The translations under genes and the position numbers were made by a program. From Octopus vulgaris (Eukaryota), in assembly GCA_951406725.2 (NCBI GenBank), contig OX597827.1:62248001-62312000 (forward strand): a DNA stretch of 64,000 nt, written 5' to 3'. Of the stretch, positions 13,915 to 28,539 are shown one piece after another; the first letter of the stretch is position 1, and the number at the start of each line of letters is the position of its first letter. Under the pieces are notes generated by a model that worked only from the letters and a program-made list of their open reading frames with translations, had not been told where the DNA came from and ran no database searches.

Positions 13915-14120
13915 CTAGTCCACCACAAAGTCCATCCCTTGTTACGGTATGATGGTCGGTCTGCTATGTCAGTGCGGTGCAAGCTCCTGGTATGGCTTCT
14001 TATGCTGGACAAGTCAAAGGATAAAGATCAGTCTAAAATGGATCACCTCTTCCCAGAGGTAAAAATCAGTTCCGCATCGGGTCAGTGTCCTTAACTAGGA
14101 AAAGGCAAAGTTCAGGAAAC
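13915..14120 (+). mobile_element. Dispersed repeat resembling an RTE-clade 5' UTR
   Basis: gctatgtcag...gcaagctcctgg...ctggacaagtcaaag homologous to the minus strand of 25735-25945; RTE assignment from recall. Confidence 0.5.
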
Positions 14121-14526
14121 ATAGTGCGTAAAGTGGTCTCCATAAAGAGAAAAGGTTTTAAGATAGAAGAAAAGACCCCTGTGTTTAACCGGTATTATAT
14201 TTTATCGATTTCGAAGTGGCGTAAGGCAAAGTCAACGTCGGCGGTTTTAGAACTCAGAATGTATTGAGCCAGAACAAATACAGAATCTGAGTCTGTAATG
14301 ATTCTGCCAATTAATTTCTGACCTAGGAACGACGTCGCAAATTTCAAAGGTGAGGGCTTTGTCGTTAATATCGACTCGGTATTTGACTGGTTAATATATT
14401 TTATCAAGGCGGGAGAGATGAAAAGCAAAGCTGACCTCGGATGGATTCGATTTTAGAAAGAAAATGAAAATCCGGAAGAGATACTGTAAAACATTTTATC
14501 CGTCTTTTAACTATTCTACCATTCAA

Positions 14527-14608
<82 letters not shown>

Positions 14609-14610
<2 letters not shown>

Positions 14611-14832
14611 TGTTGTTGGAGCCCTGGGAACAGTGAGCAAAAATATTGAGAAGTACGTGTAACAAATAGGGGCTGCAATAAGGGTGGAGCTCTCTTGCAG
14701 AAAACAGCACTGCTTGGAACCGCTTGAATACTCCGGAAGGTGCTCGAAAAATAAGAGGTGTTACCTTAGTTCACTGGTAGTGAACAGTTGTCACTGTAGT
14801 ACATCTCCAGCATTAGGTGTGCAAACGCAATG
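14609..14832 (+). mobile_element. R4/Dong-like 3' end, second subfamily
   Basis: IVVGALGTVSKNIEKYV...QKTALLGTA*ILRKVLEK*; flanked by (AAT)n on both sides. Confidence 0.8.
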
Positions 14833-14847
14833 TTAATAATAATAATG

Positions 14848-15305
<458 letters not shown>

Positions 15306-15352
15306 GAGAATAGCCATATCCATTAAAAAAAAATATATATATATATTTCAAA

Positions 15353-15461
<109 letters not shown>

Positions 15462-15669
15462 GCCTGTCTGCCTGCCTGCCTGTCTGTCTGTCTATCTACC
15501 TACCTATCTATCTCTGAATATTTGAAAAAATGAATAGAAATGGCTTTTCTGATAATTTTTTCACTTTGTTAATTAGATGTTTATAAATTATTTGGTGTTA
15601 ACTATATTTTATAACATATATGAAAATTTACATATGAAAAATTATATACATATATATATATATATATAT

Positions 15670-16545
<876 letters not shown>

Positions 16546-16810
16546 ATATCTGAGGACAGATTATGTTTATATAAAAAAAAAACAGATATATAATAACAGA
16601 TAACAACTTTATTTATCAAAAAATGCTATGAGGATAAAAATAAACCTTCTTTTCTATAATATTATTCAATAAAGCCACATTCAACTTCAACAACTGCTTC
16701 TATATGAGATCTAAATCATCTACATGCTCGAATCAGTTGGTCCTGGTTCATTTTGGTCATTACTCTGACTATGGCAGCTTTCACAGAATCTTTGAGAATA
16801 GCCATATCCA

Positions 16811-16931
<121 letters not shown>

Positions 16932-17027
16932 ATGTATATATGTATATGTATATGTATGTATATATATATATATATACATACATATACATATACACCCCCA
17001 CACACATCCACACACACACACATATAT

Positions 17028-17058
<31 letters not shown>

Positions 17059-17752
17059 TAAAGCAAGCTGACAGAATGGCTATTATACCGGGCGAAATAA
17101 TTGGCGTTATTTACCCCAACTTTACGTTCTGAGTTCAAATTCCGCCAAAGTCGTCTATGCCTTTCATCTTTTCGGGGTCGATAAAATAAGTACTAATTGA
17201 GCCCTGGGGCCAATATAATCGACTTGCCTCCTCCCTCGAAATTGCTGCCTTGTACAATATAACATATATATGCACGTGTGTGTGTGAGTGTGTGTGTGAG
17301 AGCGCGCGTATATGTCTGCGTGCGTGCTTGTCTTATAGTTTATGTTTGACCTTTACAACCACTTGACAAGCGGTGTTGTCTTGTTTACGTCCCTTAGCTT
17401 TGCGTTTCGGCAACCAAAAGGCACCGATAGATTAGGTATCGGGCATAAAAATAAGTGTTGAGGTTGAATCGCTCGACCACCCTGAAATGTAGTGTTCCAA
17501 CATGGCCGCAGTCCAGTGTTTGAAACAAGTTCAAGATAAAAAAAATACAGCTAAAAAAAATCTCAAAATTCCAAGCAAACTACCTCTTTTTTGGGGGTGG
17601 GGGTGGGGGTGGGTGGGGTATAAATAAATAACACCAAAAAAAACAAAAGATCTACGACCGAAGAAATAACACACACATACACACACACACACACACGCAG
17701 ACACACACCCACGCATGCACCCGTCACACACACACACACATACATACAAAAG

Positions 17753-18142
17753 TGGAGGCGCAATGGCCCAGTGGTTAGGGCAGCGGACTCACGGTCATAG
17801 GATCGCGGTTTCGATTCCCAGACCGGGCGTTGTGAGTGTTTATTGAGCGAAAACACCTAAAGCTCCACGAGGCTCCGTCCGGCAGGGGATGGTGGTGATC
17901 CCTGCTGTACTCTTTCACCACAACTTTCTCTCACTCTTACTTCCTGTTTCTGTTGTACCTGTATTTCAAAGGGCCGGCCTTGTCACTCTCTGTGTCACGC
18001 TGAATATCCCCGTGAACTACGTTAAGGGTACACGTGTCTGTGGAGTGCTCAGCCACTTAGACGTTAATTTCACGAGCAGGCTGTTCCGTTGATTCGGATC
18101 AACCGGAACCCTCGTCGTCGTAACCGACGGAGTGCTTCCAAC
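17753..18142 (+). mobile_element. Apparently full-length SINE-C
   Basis: tRNA-like head with A/B boxes; CpG-rich, little decay. Confidence 0.85.
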
Positions 18143-18434
18143 ATACAAAAACTCACATATACATGAACGAATAAATGGCATTGTGTTTTTTTCTATCTGT
18201 AGATATTACATAACATGAACACTAAAACATTAATGAGACATGCCAATGATGGTCTAGCAGAAATAATGTCAGTTATATTAATGGCAGTGACGTAAGTCTA
18301 ACAGGAGGATGAAGAAAGAGCGGTTTTAGCAATCGTCTGTTTGACATCATTTCCTAAAACACAAAAAAAGAAGGAGGAAACGAAAGCAATAAAAAGAATA
18401 CAAACAAACATTAACCATACAAAGAATACACTCT

Positions 18435-18487
<53 letters not shown>

Positions 18488-18531
18488 CTCTATATGTGTG
18501 TGCGTAAGTATGTGTGTGTAAGTATGTAATG

Positions 18532-18618
<87 letters not shown>

Positions 18619-18759
18619 GTGTGTCTGTGTCTGTCTGTGTATCTATCTATCTGTCTGTCTCTATCTATCTATCTATTTATCTATCCATCTAACTACATGA
18701 ATATCATATGAATATATATATGTATATATATATATATATAATATTCATTTTTGTGTTTT

Positions 18760-19075
18760 AGGCTTAGGAGTGACTGTGTGGTAAGTAGCTTGCTTACGAA
18801 CCACAAGGTTCCGGGTTCAGTCCCACTGCATGGTACCTTGGGCAAGTGTCTTCTACTTACTTGTTTCATTCATTTGACTGCGGCCATACCGGAGCACCGC
18901 CTTTTAATCGAGGAAATCGACCCCAGGACTTATTCTTTGTAAGCCTAGTATTTAATCTATCGGTCCCTTTTGCCGAACCGCTAAGTTACAGGGACATAAA
19001 CACACCAGCATCGGTTGTCAAGCCATGATGGGGGGGGGGGGGCAAACACAGACACACAAACACACACACACACAC
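18760..19075. mobile_element. SINE-A head (+) fused to SINE-A 3' half (-)
   Basis: Orientation switches near 18857 (cttctact|tacttgtttca). Confidence 0.75.
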
Positions 19076-19455
19076 TCCTCTTTTTCTCTCTCTTCTACCC
19101 CTTCTTAATTCCTTTGTTCCTCTTTACCTCTCTTTTCTCTTCTCACGTGACCGCTGTGCCGACTACTGGCCTTTTTGGGTCTGGCAGCGGTCGCGGCAAC
19201 ATCAACATTTTTTTTCTCTGCCGTAAGGCACAATTCCTAATACACCAGCTGAATTGAATTCGTTTCCTAGTCGAAAGACGCCTGTTGTGATGTCCTGTTA
19301 TTATTACTATTATTGTTTTTTTCGTATTATTTTTGTATTTATATTCGTGTAACATCATCTGTTTTTCCGTTCTTGTTTCGTATACATTCGAAGCTTTTTT
19401 TCCAAGGAATCTAATGCTCTTAGCTTAGTTTTTCCTTGGGTTTGGCCAGATTGGA

Positions 19456-19512
19456 GCAATCTCAAGATTAATCAGCCGAATTTGCGAGGATGATCCGGTT
19501 CTTGACTGAAGA
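19456..19512 (+). ncRNA. Candidate permuted hammerhead, divergent copy within a (TA)n-associated repeat (19075-19590)
   Basis: GCAAT-C-TCAAGA ... C-GAAt-TTGC ... TCTTGA-CTGAAGA; same spacing as the 15753 copy. Confidence 0.45.
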
Positions 19513-19585
19513 TTGAAGGCTTCGAATGACCCGCCCGTGTTTTTTGTATCGTCTTCTGGAAGTTTTGCGTTCTTGTCCCATTTTG

Positions 19586-19645
<60 letters not shown>

Positions 19646-19661
19646 ATATATATATATACAT

Positions 19662-20075
19662 AGGCGCAGGAGTGGCTGTGTGGTAAGTAGCTTGCTAACC
19701 AACCACATGGCTCCGGGTTCAGTCCCACTGCGTGGCATCTTGGGCAAGTGTCTTCTGCTATAGCCCCGGGCCGACCAATGCCTTGTGAGTGGATTTGGTA
19801 GACGGAAACTGAAAGAAGCCTGTCGTATATATGTATATATATATATGTGTGTGTGTATGTGTGTGTGTTTGTGTGTTTGTCCCCCTAGCATTGCTTGACA
19901 ACCGATGCTGGTGTGTTTACGTCCCCGTCACTTAGCGGTTCGGCAAAAGAGACCGATAGAATAAGTACTGGGCTTACAAAGAATAAGTCCTGGGGTCGAT
20001 TTGCTCCTCGACTAAAGGCGGTGCTCCAGCATGGCCGCAGTCAAATGACTGAAACAAGTAAAAGAAAGAAAGAAA
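19662..20075 (+). mobile_element. Full-length SINE-A
   Basis: tRNA-like head, CORE-like cttgggcaagtgtctt, internal (TA)n(TG)n, tail ggcggtgctccagcatggccgcagtcaaatgactgaaac. Confidence 0.9.
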
Positions 20076-20078
20076 GAA

Positions 20079-20183
<105 letters not shown>

Positions 20184-20187
20184 CATA

Positions 20188-20358
20188 TATACGGCGGACT
20201 TCTTTCAGTTTCCGTCTACCAAATCCACTCAAAAGTCTTTGGTCGGCCTGAGGCTACAGTAGAAGACTTACATGCCCAAGGTGCCACGCAGTGGGACTGA
20301 ACCCGAACCCTGTGGCTGGTAAGCAAGGTACTTACCGCATAGCCACTCCTGCGCCTGT
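20188..20358 (-). mobile_element. SINE-A 5' half
   Basis: Reverse complement of the 19662-19826 segment. Confidence 0.8.
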
Positions 20359-20396
20359 TTATGTATATATGTACGTATATATATATGTATATATAT

Positions 20397-20468
<72 letters not shown>

Positions 20469-20528
20469 GTGTATATATGTGTGTATACATACATATTATA
20501 CATGCATAAACGCACCCAGAGACATATA

Positions 20529-20591
<63 letters not shown>

Positions 20592-20631
20592 GTATGTGTA
20601 TACATACATAATATACATGCATACACATACA

Positions 20632-20741
<110 letters not shown>

Positions 20742-21192
20742 TAGAGGAATAAAAGAGGGATCACTCAGGGTCACCTTCTGCACGAGAAACAATTAGATGT
20801 GATAAATAAATCAGCAAGATTTATATTTTTCAGCACTGCAGGAACACACATATAATTATATATCATTATAAATCGCTTATATAATATTTATACGTTGTTT
20901 GTACAAAAATATTGAAATTGGAGCCGTAGTGTTAAACACCAAGACTGTCACAAAAAAAGTTGCATCGATTACTTATAAATATAACTTTAGAAAATGTATT
21001 TCAATCACGGAGCTCTGAATCGATTGAGGTGTTCTTAGCATCGCAATTGCTTACAGACATGTAAGAAAATAGCCTGTTGAACGGTAGTAAAGTAGAAATA
21101 ATATTGGTACATGTCAAGAGAGATTTAATATCTGATGTAATCAACATCAGAAATGAAATATTGGAAGGAGATTCAATATTACTGTCAGATTT

Positions 21193-21430
21193 AAGGCGGC
21201 GAGCTGGCAGAAACGTTAGCACGCCGAGCGAAGAGTTTAGCAGTATTTCGTCTGCCGTTACGTTCTGAGTTCAAATTCCACCGAAGTCGACTTTGCCTTT
21301 CATCCTATCGGGGTCGATAAATTATGTACCAGTTACACACTGGGGTCGATGTAATCGACTTAATCCGTTTGTCTGTCCCTGTTTGTCCCCTCTTTGTTTA
21401 GCCCCTTGTGGGCAATAAAGAAATAAGAAA
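21193..21430 (+). mobile_element. SINE-B monomer with Tx1-like tail
   Basis: Ends gggcaataaagaaata-agaaacg. Confidence 0.88.
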
Positions 21431-21608
21431 CGTCATATATATATATATATATATATATATTCCTGCGTGTGTGTGTGTGCATGTATATAAGTATGTATAT
21501 ATGTGTGTATATATATATGTGTGTGTATATAAATGTATACATACATACATATATATATATATATTTTTTTTCTTCTCCTTGTTTCTCTCCTTGTTTCTTT
21601 TCTGTGTA

Positions 21609-21646
21609 TCTTTCTGTTGAAGAGCGTAGGCTCGAAACGTAAAAGA
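21609..21646 (+). ncRNA. Minimal type I hammerhead variant (PLE-type)
   Basis: TCTTT-CTGTTGA-A-GAGC(gtag)GCTC-GAAA-CG-TA-AAAGA; core deviates at position 6. Confidence 0.6.
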
Positions 21647-21743
21647 CTTGTTCTATTTCTATTCCTGAGCGCCATACTAATGCATTTGTTTGTTTGTTCT
21701 CCATCTGCCTTCGTCTTTTGTTTATTTTCGTAAACCTTCCTGT

Positions 21744-21775
<32 letters not shown>

Positions 21776-21919
21776 CACACAGACACACATATGTATATAT
21801 TACACTGTACTTATATTGTCCCAGATTGTGATTTATAGACCTTGTCAGAATTCTCTCCCTTGACTTTTGATTTCAGATATTGAACATTTAATAATTTTTT
21901 TGTCTGTCTACTAATCTCT

Positions 21920-22144
21920 TTTACTCTTATATTTGTTTCAGTCATTTGGCTGTGGCCATATTGGAGCACCGCCTTTTAGTCGAGCAAATCGACCCCATGA
22001 CTTATTCCTTGTAAGCCTAGTACTTATTCTATCAGTCTCTTTTGCTGAACCACTAAATTACGGGGACGTAAACACACCAGCATCGCTTGTCAAGCGATGT
22101 TTTGGAGGACAAACACGGACACACAAACACATACACATATATAT

Positions 22145-22198
<54 letters not shown>

Positions 22199-22347
22199 GA
22201 CGGGCTTCTTTCAGTTTCCGTCTACCAAATCCACTCACAAGGCTTTGGTCGGACCTCGGCGGAATTTGAACTCAGAAGGTAACGGCAGACGAAATACGGC
22301 TACGCATTTCGCCCGGCGTGCTAACGTTTCTGCCAGCTCGCCGTCTT
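21920..22347 (-). mobile_element. SINE-A lacking its head, fused to a SINE-B head
   Basis: Junction ggctttggtcggacctcggcgg near 22250. Confidence 0.8.
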
Positions 22348-23046
22348 AATAATAAATAACATAATAAATTACAGATTATACCATTGGAAAGCAGACGTTG
22401 AAATAATTTGCATACCAAGACATTAGGATAGCGTTGTTATACAGAACTTGAAGTAACTCTATAAAGATTTCTTAGTCGTCTTTGATATTTATTTAAAAAA
22501 AAAAAATATCTGAAAAAAAAAAAATCAAACAAAAACAAACTCCAAGGAATATATAACAAAGTATAGAAAAATATAAAACTTGAAACGTTACAGTCAATAC
22601 ACAAAAGACCACCACCACCTACATCACCACCATCGCCACCAAAATCTTTAGTAAAAATAGTGACAGTGGCCATCCATGCATGAAAATGGCTTTTTAATTA
22701 GTTAGTTTGAGAAAAGGTAACAGCGGATCAGTGATCATATATTACTTGCAGACAGGCTACCCACCCGCCCGTCCACTCGTGCCTACCCTCGACTGGAGAG
22801 GTCGATGCAGTTGATGTTCGACTTGAACTTTCGTAAGGTCGGACGTTAAGATGTGTATATATGTATGTATATTGTGGTGTGTGTGTGTATGTCATTGTGT
22901 GTGTGTGTTTGCGTACGTGTATGTGTGTATATGCGTATGTCCGCGTGTTTGTATGTGCGGTGTGTGCCTGTCTGTGCATTTGAGTGTGTGCTTGTGTTTG
23001 TGTATGGGCGGGTGTATATATGTGAATATGTTTATTCATGTGTGAG

Positions 23047-23083
<37 letters not shown>

Positions 23084-23230
23084 CTGTACGTGTGTGTGCG
23101 TATGCCTGCGCGCGCACATGTGTATATCTAAATATATGTGTGCGTATACGCGTATGTATATGTGTATGTATATATGTATTTACATGTATGTATACATGTG
23201 TTTATATATGTGTGTACATGCATGTGTTTA

Positions 23231-23289
<59 letters not shown>

Positions 23290-23745
23290 GTAGAAAAAAT
23301 ACGGAGCTCTAGCTGACTGCTATTTTTTGGTAGGTTATAATAATTTCTACGAAATTTGAACTCAGAACGTAATGACGAACAAAAAGCCGCTAAGCATTTC
23401 GTCCGGCGTACTAACGATTCTGTGAGCTCGCCACCTTATAGCAGTTTTATAATATTAATTTCAGCACTCTCCTCTTTGAGTTCAATCAAGCTAAGATCAA
23501 CTGTTACTTTTATTTCCTGAGATGGATAAATGAAAGACCATTTTGGGCAGTGAACTGGAATAATTTTTAAAGCGTCGGACGAGATGCTTTCCATTATTTC
23601 TTTTGGCTTTATGGGTTTTGAATCAATCAGCCGACTATAGGAGTGAGTACACTTTTCGACCGGCAATTTGTCTGTATGAAACTAGATGGCCTACTTACAA
23701 TCGGCATAGACAAACCGGCAACGGCTTGTTGAGTCTTTCATCCAG

Positions 23746-24505
23746 TACTGGATTGAAAGTGACTGAATGGAAATGGAAGTTACGTTATAAAGTGTTCCGT
23801 GTGACGTAAGACTAAGTAAGAGAGAGTAGGAGAGAGGAGGACGAGAGGAGGAGAAGTAGACGAGATGAAGCTGTAGGAATAGAGAAGTAGGAGGTGGAAT
23901 GGAGAAAGGGAAGGAGTAGAAAAATAGGTGGAGATTAGGAGTACAAAAGAAAAAAACTCCCTTTGATCACAAATGACCATGGGATTGCAACCAGAAAGTC
24001 CCCTCCCCTCCGAGGCACAAGTCCGGGCAAGGTTATTTATGGAAGACCAGCAGTCACCCATGCATACAAGTCTCTCTTCTCGACGCCACTGATATTATCC
24101 TAGAGAAAGTTAAAGGCTGATACAGCTTGGCACCAGTGATGCCGAAACTCATTTCTACAGCTGAGTGAATTGGAGCAACGTGAAATAAAGTGTCTTGCTC
24201 AAGAACACAACACACAGCCCAGTCCGGGAATCGAACTGACTCTCTCATGATTGCGAACCCGATGCCCTAACCGCTGAGCCATGCGCCTTGGGTGTATTTC
24301 AATCTCCACCTCTTTTTCTATTACTGCCCTTTCACCACTCTTCCTCTTTCTCCACTCCACCTCCTACTTCTCTATTCCTACCACTTCATCTCCTCTACTT
24401 CTTCTCTTCTCATCCTCCTCCTACTCTCACTTACTTAGTCTTACGTTACACTGGAAAATTTATAGCGTAACTTCCATTTTCATTCAGTCGCTTTCGATCC
24501 AAGTG
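23746..24505. repeat. ~200-bp-arm palindrome interrupted at its centre by a SINE
   Basis: 23746-23945 is the imperfect reverse complement of 24293-24505. Confidence 0.85.
23950..24290 (-). mobile_element. SINE-C-related element
   Basis: Head aggcgcatggctcagcggttagggcatc; homologous to 26790-27110. Confidence 0.8.
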
Positions 24506-24799
24506 TTATTTAATCGGAGTTGACCCTGTTGGAACAAATGTTTGATAAAGTCAAAGATGCTGCCGCGTGACCCATGATGACATTTTATTCAAATTTAATG
24601 CACCATTGTGTCGTTTTTAAATACTGTAGGGTTTGTTTCCAGGGAAATTTGGATGGTATTCCTTGCACGTTGAGTGACCACGTAGATGTTTCTTCCTATA
24701 TGAGTAATATCCTAATATGGAGTCTCTTGTGACTGATGACGAAAAATGAGTTTGCGAGAATGGAGAGATGAGCAGATGTCAACTCCAGAATTGCGGTTG

Positions 24800-25358
24800 C
24801 TTTCGAACAATTCATGAGGCACCTATTTTCCGAGTTTAGGAACCTTTCCAAGTTGCCGAACATGACGATGAATAGTTGTATGGTTTAAACTAAGCTTTAT
24901 TACCAATTCTTCAACTGATAATGCAGAATATTCTTCAAGTAATGCCTCAAGGAGCTTATCATTAAACTCAACTGGATGTCCTGTTCAATCTTCACCTTCA
25001 AGGTTGAAATCTCCACTTCTGAATTTTGCAAACCCTCTTCTGCAAGTTCTTTCAATGAAGCATTCTTTCCCATAAACTGAGTGTATGTTTCGAGTGCGCT
25101 TCGGCTGCAGAGTTTCCTTTTTTTGTACTCATAAAGCATTATGTGCCTCAAATGCTTTTTGGATACTTCCATGTTAGAAAGGATTCTAATCAAAGTAATT
25201 TTAATTCTATTATTTTATAAAATAATATTTAATTAGTTTAAATGTACACAAATGCATAAAAATAATTTTAAATTCCATTACACATTCTAACATACTTTTA
25301 AATTTCATTCAATTCTAAAAAAGGTAAAATCGGACAGAACTTATGGGATGACCTGATA
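24800..25358 (-). mobile_element. Mariner 5' fragment (TIR plus N-terminal HTH), frameshifted
   Basis: TA-tcaggtcatcccataagttctgtccg TIR; MEVSKKHLRHIMLYEYKK / VYGKECFIERTCRRGFAKFRSGDFNLE matches the Mos1-type HTH. Confidence 0.85.
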
Positions 25359-25619
25359 CTTACTTAAACCCTTTAGCTTCTTAACGGCGACTTTTCTTCA
25401 CTGTTCTTGACTTTGAGCTGTCTTTAAGGCCGTCCTCTCCCACGTTTTGTAGTATTGTGATTAACGTCATTGTCTTTGTTTGAGGAAAACTCTGTACTAT
25501 GTTTTTCTTTCAGTTTTAAAATGTTTAAAAGCAGTCAATTTCTCGTTAAAATTAAAAAGTATAGAATATTGAAATAATATTTTTGCTAAAAGCTTGGAAA
25601 TGTTTACCTATTTAAGCCT

Positions 25620-25945
25620 TTCGCTCTGTAAGGTTCATAGGACATCAATTTTAATCCACTGGTCTCGAATTTGGGCTGTCTTTTCCCATCCTGGGTCTTG
25701 TTGGTTTTGAATTTTCAATCGGTGCTCCTTTAACTTAGCTTTTTTTTTCTAGGTAGGGATGGTTGACCTTACGCAAACTCAGTTTTACCTCTACAAAAGG
25801 GTGGTCCGTATTAGTCTGGCCTCTACTCTTTGACCTGTCCAGTATGGGAGGCCTTGCCAGGAGCTTGCATTCTGCTGACATAGCTCTTAGAGTCATTGTG
25901 GTATACAAGTCACGACAATGCACTTTATGGTGGACTGGTGAAGGT
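25620..25945 (-). mobile_element. RTE-like non-autonomous fragment
   Basis: Homologous to 13915-14120. Confidence 0.5.
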
Positions 25946-26060
25946 AGTCCAAGAAAAAATAAAATAATAATAAACAGGATGATCACGGTTGTAACGCCTT
26001 TGTTCATACAGATGTTCGATTAAAGTTGATAAGGAGGTGAACACCACCACCAACAGCAGC

Positions 26061-26240
26061 AGTGGAGGCGCAATGGCCCAGTGGTTAGTGCAACGGACTC
26101 GCGGTTTCGATTCCCAGACCGGGCATTGTGAGTGTTTATTGAGCAAAAACACCTAAGCTCCATGAGGCTCCCGCGGGGAGGGGGTGAACCCCGCTGTACT
26201 CTTTCACCACAACTTTCTCTCACTCTTTCTTCCTACTTCT
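26061..26240 (+). mobile_element. SINE-C 5' part
   Basis: Matches 17753-17945 with small deletions. Confidence 0.8.
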
Positions 26241-26789
26241 GTCACAAAGCAGAGGAACCATGGTGTAACCCGTTATGGTGTGGTAAACTTTCAGGCCCTA
26301 GTCTAGATTGCGAATCCTCCGTATCCCAGGATGGTTCAGCTCTCCACCCGTTAAAAGCCACCGTTCACGGAATGAAGATAACAACGTAGCTTTCGCGCCC
26401 GTGCAACCGCCAGTCTATTGCGTGTGGTGGGTGGATCTTCAAGTTGCCACACGCATTCTTAGTAGCTTAGAGTAGGCTCGAATTAGAGATTATTCTTTGT
26501 GGCTAAAGGCGTGAGTCCTGACTACTGACATTAAGCGAGAACATGACCTTCGATATTGGTAACGCCATGACTTCTGCAACCTTTGAAGATGAAGCAGTAG
26601 AAGAAGAAGAAGCAGAAGAAGAAGAAGAAGAAGAAGAAGAAGAAGAAGAAGAAGAAGAAGAAGAAGAAGAAGAAGAAGAAGAAGAAGAAGAAGAAGAAGA
26701 AGAAGAAGAAGAAGAAGAAGAAGAAGAGGACAGCAGTAGGAACAGAAGCAACGGCAGCCGCAGTAACAACAACAGTAACAGCATCAATA

Positions 26790-27110
26790 CAGACCCCTTT
26801 TGGCCATGAATGATCATGAGATTACACCTAGAAAGTTTCCCTCAAAGGCACGACTCCGAAAAAGGTTGTTTATGGATGATCAGCAGTCGTCTGTGCATGC
26901 AAGTCTTCCCTCTCCATGCCATTGATGTTATCCAAGGAAAGACAAAGACCGATAGAGCTTGGCACCAGAGATGTCTACAGCTGAAGGAACTGGAGCAACG
27001 TGAAATAAAGTGTCTTGCTCAAGAACACAACATGCAGCCCGATCCGGAAATCGAACTCACTACTTCACGATTGAAAGCCCAACGCTTTAATCTCTGAGCC
27101 ACGCAGCTTC
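26790..27110 (-). mobile_element. SINE-C-related element between (GAA)n tracts
   Basis: Shares tggagcaacgtgaaataaagtgtcttgctcaagaacacaac with 24170-24211. Confidence 0.8.
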
Positions 27111-27262
27111 CCAACAACAATAATAGTTGCAGTGTAAACGAAACGATGACCACCACCACCACCAAGACGAAGAAGAAGAAGAAGAAGAAGAAGAAGAAGA
27201 AGAAGAAGAAGAAGAAGAAGAAGAAGAAGAAGAAGAAGAAGAAGAAGAAGAAGAAGAAGAAG

Positions 27263-27296
<34 letters not shown>

Positions 27297-27946
27297 GCAA
27301 CAACAAGCATTCTGAAAACAAAGAAATCGTATTTTGAGAATCCAGATTTTTTTTTGCAAGGAAACTTCAATCTAAAAAGAGAGACTAAATTTTTTTTACC
27401 AATCATAGATCAAGGCCAGACTTTTACAAACCAGACGGTGTCAAAACTGCTAACTAACATTTAAATTGAATATAAATTAAATTTGAGAATCGTAAAAGTG
27501 GCCAGTTTCTGGAAGCCATTTGCCACATATTAATTAAATATCTAATTCTGTCCAAATCACCGACATTTCAGAACGTCTGTTCTTCGCCATTGAAAAGTAT
27601 GTAAGGAAGTGAGTATAATATCAACCGAGATGGTGGGATAAAATGGAATGGTGTATTGAAAATAAGAACATTGTTAATCTTTTGAAAATTTCTATAGTTC
27701 GAGACAGGTATATAAGAAATAACTGGTGTGACATTTTAGTAAGCTATACGACCTCCGTATGCTTGAGACAGGTCGTAGTATATTTGCAATGCGATAACAA
27801 AAATATTTCAGGAAACGATGTTAAACATTTATTCTGAGTACATTGTTATAAAATAAATCAGGCAAATATGGACACTAAAATCGTGTGTGTGTGTGTGTAT
27901 GTGAGTGTGTGTATGTGAGTGTGTGTATGTGTGTGTGTTATGCATG

Positions 27947-27992
<46 letters not shown>

Positions 27993-28144
27993 TATATATG
28001 TATATAAATGGGTATATATATATATATATATATATATGTATGCATATATGTATTATATGTATACACACCATACTCGCACACAAATATATTCACATACATA
28101 TATACATATATAGATACATACTTATATATACATACAGATACATA

Positions 28145-28198
<54 letters not shown>

Positions 28199-28236
28199 GA
28201 TATACATACATACATACATGCATACATACATACATG

Positions 28237-28329
<93 letters not shown>

Positions 28330-28539
28330 TTATACGCACACAGACGCACACACACACACACACACACACATACACACGCGTATATATCTTTACAAATGTT
28401 TGGATATGTGAAAGCTGTGTGAACAGAGAAAAGGTGAACTGATAGTAAATGTCGAATGAAATTCTAAAGCGAATCTAAATGTGCTGCATCCAAAAATATA
28501 GAACTGTTTGACAGTGTTAACATATTGTAGGAAACAAAC

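Noticed and set aside
17753-17830. Functional tRNA gene
   Set aside because: tRNA-derived SINE head continuing into a repeated body; no proper acceptor stem or terminator.
22730-22850. GC-richer unique island as a possible exon
   Set aside because: No recognisable protein similarity or convincing splice-site pair.
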